Shown here piece after piece: positions 23,658 to 25,747 of a DNA stretch of 25,747 nucleotides. Made by a program: the position numbers and the translations under genes. This DNA is from Gemmatimonadota bacterium (GTDB taxonomy: Bacteria; Gemmatimonadota; Gemmatimonadetes; Gemmatimonadales; GWC2-71-9), in contig JBDHDE010000038.1 of NCBI GenBank assembly GCA_039591655.1, positions 1 through 25,747 on the forward strand. Reading direction: 5' to 3'. The notes beneath the pieces are model-generated. The model worked only from the letters and a program-made list of their open reading frames with translations, made no database searches and was not told where the DNA came from. How positions within the stretch are numbered: the first letter of the stretch is position 1; each line of letters starts with the position of its first letter.

Positions 23658-24629
23658 TCAGGAGCTCCGGTCCAGCTCGCTCACGTGCGTGACCCGATTA
23701 CGGCCGTGCTCCTTAGAGTGGTATAGCGCGCGATCGGCGTCGGTCAGGAGGCGGGAGCGCCAATCGGTGTCGGGGCGGCGGTCGGGCGTCTCGAACACCA
23801 GCGTTGCACCGCCAATGCTGGCCGTGACTTCGCGGCGCGGCCACTCAGCCTCCTCCAGCGCCCCGCGGAACCGATCACCCAGCCTCACGGCCCCCTTCCC
23901 ATCGGTCTCCGGCAGGATGATGGCGAACTCCTCCCCGCCGATCCGCGCCACGTAGTCGCTGCGGCGCGCCTGGTCGCGCAGGATGCGCGCCGCCCGCTTC
24001 AGCACGTCGTCGCCCGCGAGATGCCCGTACTCGTCGTTGTACGTCTTGAAGTGGTCCAGATCCAAGATGAGCACCGACATCGGACGCGTCGTGCGCAGCG
24101 CCATCTCCATCTGGATCTCCAGTTGGTCCAGGAACGCACGCCGGTTCCAGGCCCCGGTGAGGCTGTCGGTGACCGCCATCTCCGACAGCTTCACATTGGC
24201 CTCCTTCAGCTCCTGCGCCTGATGGGAGATGCGCTGCTCGTATCGCTTCCGCTCGGTGAGGTCCACGATCGCTGCGAGCACGTACCGGCCGCCGGAAGTC
24301 GGCAGCGGGTTGAGGCCGATCTCGATCGGTATCGCAGTTCCATCGCGCCGCACCCCGGTGAGGTCCCGGCGGTGTCCCATCGGCCGGGGTCGAGGCGCCG
24401 TGTTGAACTCCTCTCGCTGCGCGCGATGGGAGCGCCGCAGGGACTCAGGCACCAGGACCTCGATGCTCTGTCCCGTCAGCTCACCGGGGCCGTACCCGAA
24501 CAGCCGCTCGGCCTCCCGGTTTACCAGCGCGATGGAACCCTCCGCGCCCACCAGGATCATCGCGCAGGGCGATGCCTCGATGGCAAGGCGGAACTGCTCG
24601 TCGATGTGCGTGCCGAAGCCCTGCTCCAA
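23658..24629 (-). CDS. PAS-domain diguanylate cyclase
   Basis: PAS (FRLAIEASP..VNREAERLFGY..RRDGT), coiled-coil linker, DSLTGAWNRR, DLDHFK.YND.YGH.AGD, RxxD (RRSD) I-site and ARIGGEEF. TTG 24629 has a GGAGGAGGGG RBS; the ORF track start at 24713 is less likely. Confidence 0.92.
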   Translation of the reverse strand: MEQGFGTHIDEQFRLAIEASPCAMILVGAEGSIALVNREAERLFGYGPGELTGQSIEVLVPESLRRSHRAQREEFNTAPRPRPMGHRRDLTGVRRDGTAIPIEIGLNPLPTSGGRYVLAAIVDLTERKRYEQRISHQAQELKEANVKLSEMAVTDSLTGAWNRRAFLDQLEIQMEMALRTTRPMSVLILDLDHFKTYNDEYGHLAGDDVLKRAARILRDQARRSDYVARIGGEEFAIILPETDGKGAVRLGDRFRGALEEAEWPRREVTASIGGATLVFETPDRRPDTDWRSRLLTDADRALYHSKEHGRNRVTHVSELDRSS

Positions 24630-24771
24630 CGTCCCCTCCTCCACCAAGCCGGCAGCGGCGCCGTGCGGCGGCACCACCGGCAGCCGGCGGCACGGCGCGG
24701 CTAGCGCCGCCACGCCGCGACGCTACCGTTACGACCGGTAGACTAAAGGGGACGTTAAGACTCGGTGAAGG

Positions 24772-25500
24772 TCAGTTGGTCAGGGGATCGAAGGCTTCTC
24801 CCAGACGCTTGAGGTAGCGTCTGAGACGCCCCTCTGCGCTGCGCGCGTCGGGTCCGATGTAGTCGGCCGCCGCGGCCTGTAAAGCTTCCTGCAGCAGCTC
24901 CACCCGCATCGCGGCGCGGCGGTAGAGCACCGCCAACGTCACGACACGCGCCTCGATCAGGTGCGCCGTCTCCCACAGCATCGCAGCGCCGAAGTCCAGG
25001 TAGGCGCGGATCATCCCCCGTCCACCCCGTCGCTCGACGTGCTGCGGGAAGCAGCCGCTCCACCACAGCGCCAGCGCACCGCAACGGGCTGCGCGCTCGG
25101 CGCGGACGCGGCTACCTGCCGGCAGTCCGGACACCGCCCGCCACCACGCCGTGATGCCGCGCTCACCGGAGCGCGCCACCTCGGTCTCCGTCATGCGCAG
25201 GAACGCCACCGGGATGCTGGCGGTGAAGTCGGCCAACGGGATGTCCTGCTCACCCATCGCGCGCAACGCGGCCCTCACCGGGACGTACCACAGCAGGCTC
25301 AACGGGATCGGCGCAGGCGCTCCACCGTATCCGTGCACCGCATCCAGGGCCGCGGGCGCGTCCAGCACCTGGTCCACGGCGCCAGCCTCCAGGGCGCGGG
25401 CCGCATCCATGCCGGCCTCGGCGTCGCCCCGGTGAATCGCCGCAACGAGTTCCCTGAGGTCCTCGCGACGCAGCGAACGGTGCACGGTGGGTTGAATCAT
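24772..25500 (-). CDS. Conserved-looking hypothetical all-helical protein
   Basis: 242 aa, ATG with AGGAG RBS, fills the gap between flanking features. Motif LALWWSGCFPQHVERRG..YLDFG; no family recognised with certainty. Confidence 0.7.
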   Translation of the reverse strand: MIQPTVHRSLRREDLRELVAAIHRGDAEAGMDAARALEAGAVDQVLDAPAALDAVHGYGGAPAPIPLSLLWYVPVRAALRAMGEQDIPLADFTASIPVAFLRMTETEVARSGERGITAWWRAVSGLPAGSRVRAERAARCGALALWWSGCFPQHVERRGGRGMIRAYLDFGAAMLWETAHLIEARVVTLAVLYRRAAMRVELLQEALQAAAADYIGPDARSAEGRLRRYLKRLGEAFDPLTN

Positions 25501-25747
25501 CCACGCTCCTCTCGCCCGCGAACGGGATGTGTCGCGGGCGCCTGTTACAACAGTCGGGACAACGCAACCGGGGTGAAGTGACTGGTGTCACCAGGGAAAT
25601 GGGCGTGCCCTATGTCACAGCCGCGAGAGTACCAGCGTCGAGGCGCGAATGATGTCGTGGCAGGTGGCCGGCCTCACATCAACCCGGCACGCTTCGGCGC
25701 CATCTCGCAGGATATGGATGATGTGCATATGTTATATGCATAACATA

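Noticed and set aside
23604..25589. 12-bp direct repeat GTGACTGGTGTC (23604-23615 and 25578-25589) flanking the GGDEF + hypothetical pair as a possible att site or target-site duplication
   Set aside because: 12-mer matches are expected by chance in 25 kb, and there is no integrase, transposase or tRNA nearby
1..25747. CRISPR array, tRNA, rRNA or IS elements
   Set aside because: No regularly spaced repeats, cloverleaf/T-loop motifs or transposase ORFs seen; intergenic gaps are short

Overview
This is a high-GC bacterial window whose gene content is typical of Gemmatimonadota (inference). Most genes are on the minus strand. It holds three paralogous membrane Ser/Thr kinases with TolB_N-like/TPR extracytoplasmic regions; the first runs off the left edge and is absent from the ORF track. 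A four-gene envelope operon encodes a CsgG-fold/TPR/SH3 protein, two LPP20-type lipoproteins and SfsA. Other genes encode a lipid-anchored S8 protease with three PKD domains, an ECF sigma / anti-sigma-like / tandem-PDZ module, a SlyD-like FKBP, a GMC flavoprotein with a CxxCxxCxxCP motif plus a Tat small subunit, a hemolysin-III/PAQR protein, an MDR oxidoreductase, a DinB protein, a PAS-GGDEF cyclase and several hypothetical proteins. I found no rRNA, tRNA, CRISPR array or mobile element. The best candidate for an undescribed system is the non-flagellar CsgG-fold + 2xLPP20 operon, which resembles FlgO/FlgP/FlgT. Non-coding signals read directly from the sequence are a TGGC(G/T)N-N17-TAnnnT motif upstream of all three kinases, a perfect CRP box in class II geometry, back-to-back leaderless promoters, and a split 21-nt inverted match between the leader/RBS and the 3' end of the CsgG-fold gene. 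All family calls come from motif recognition, not database searches.
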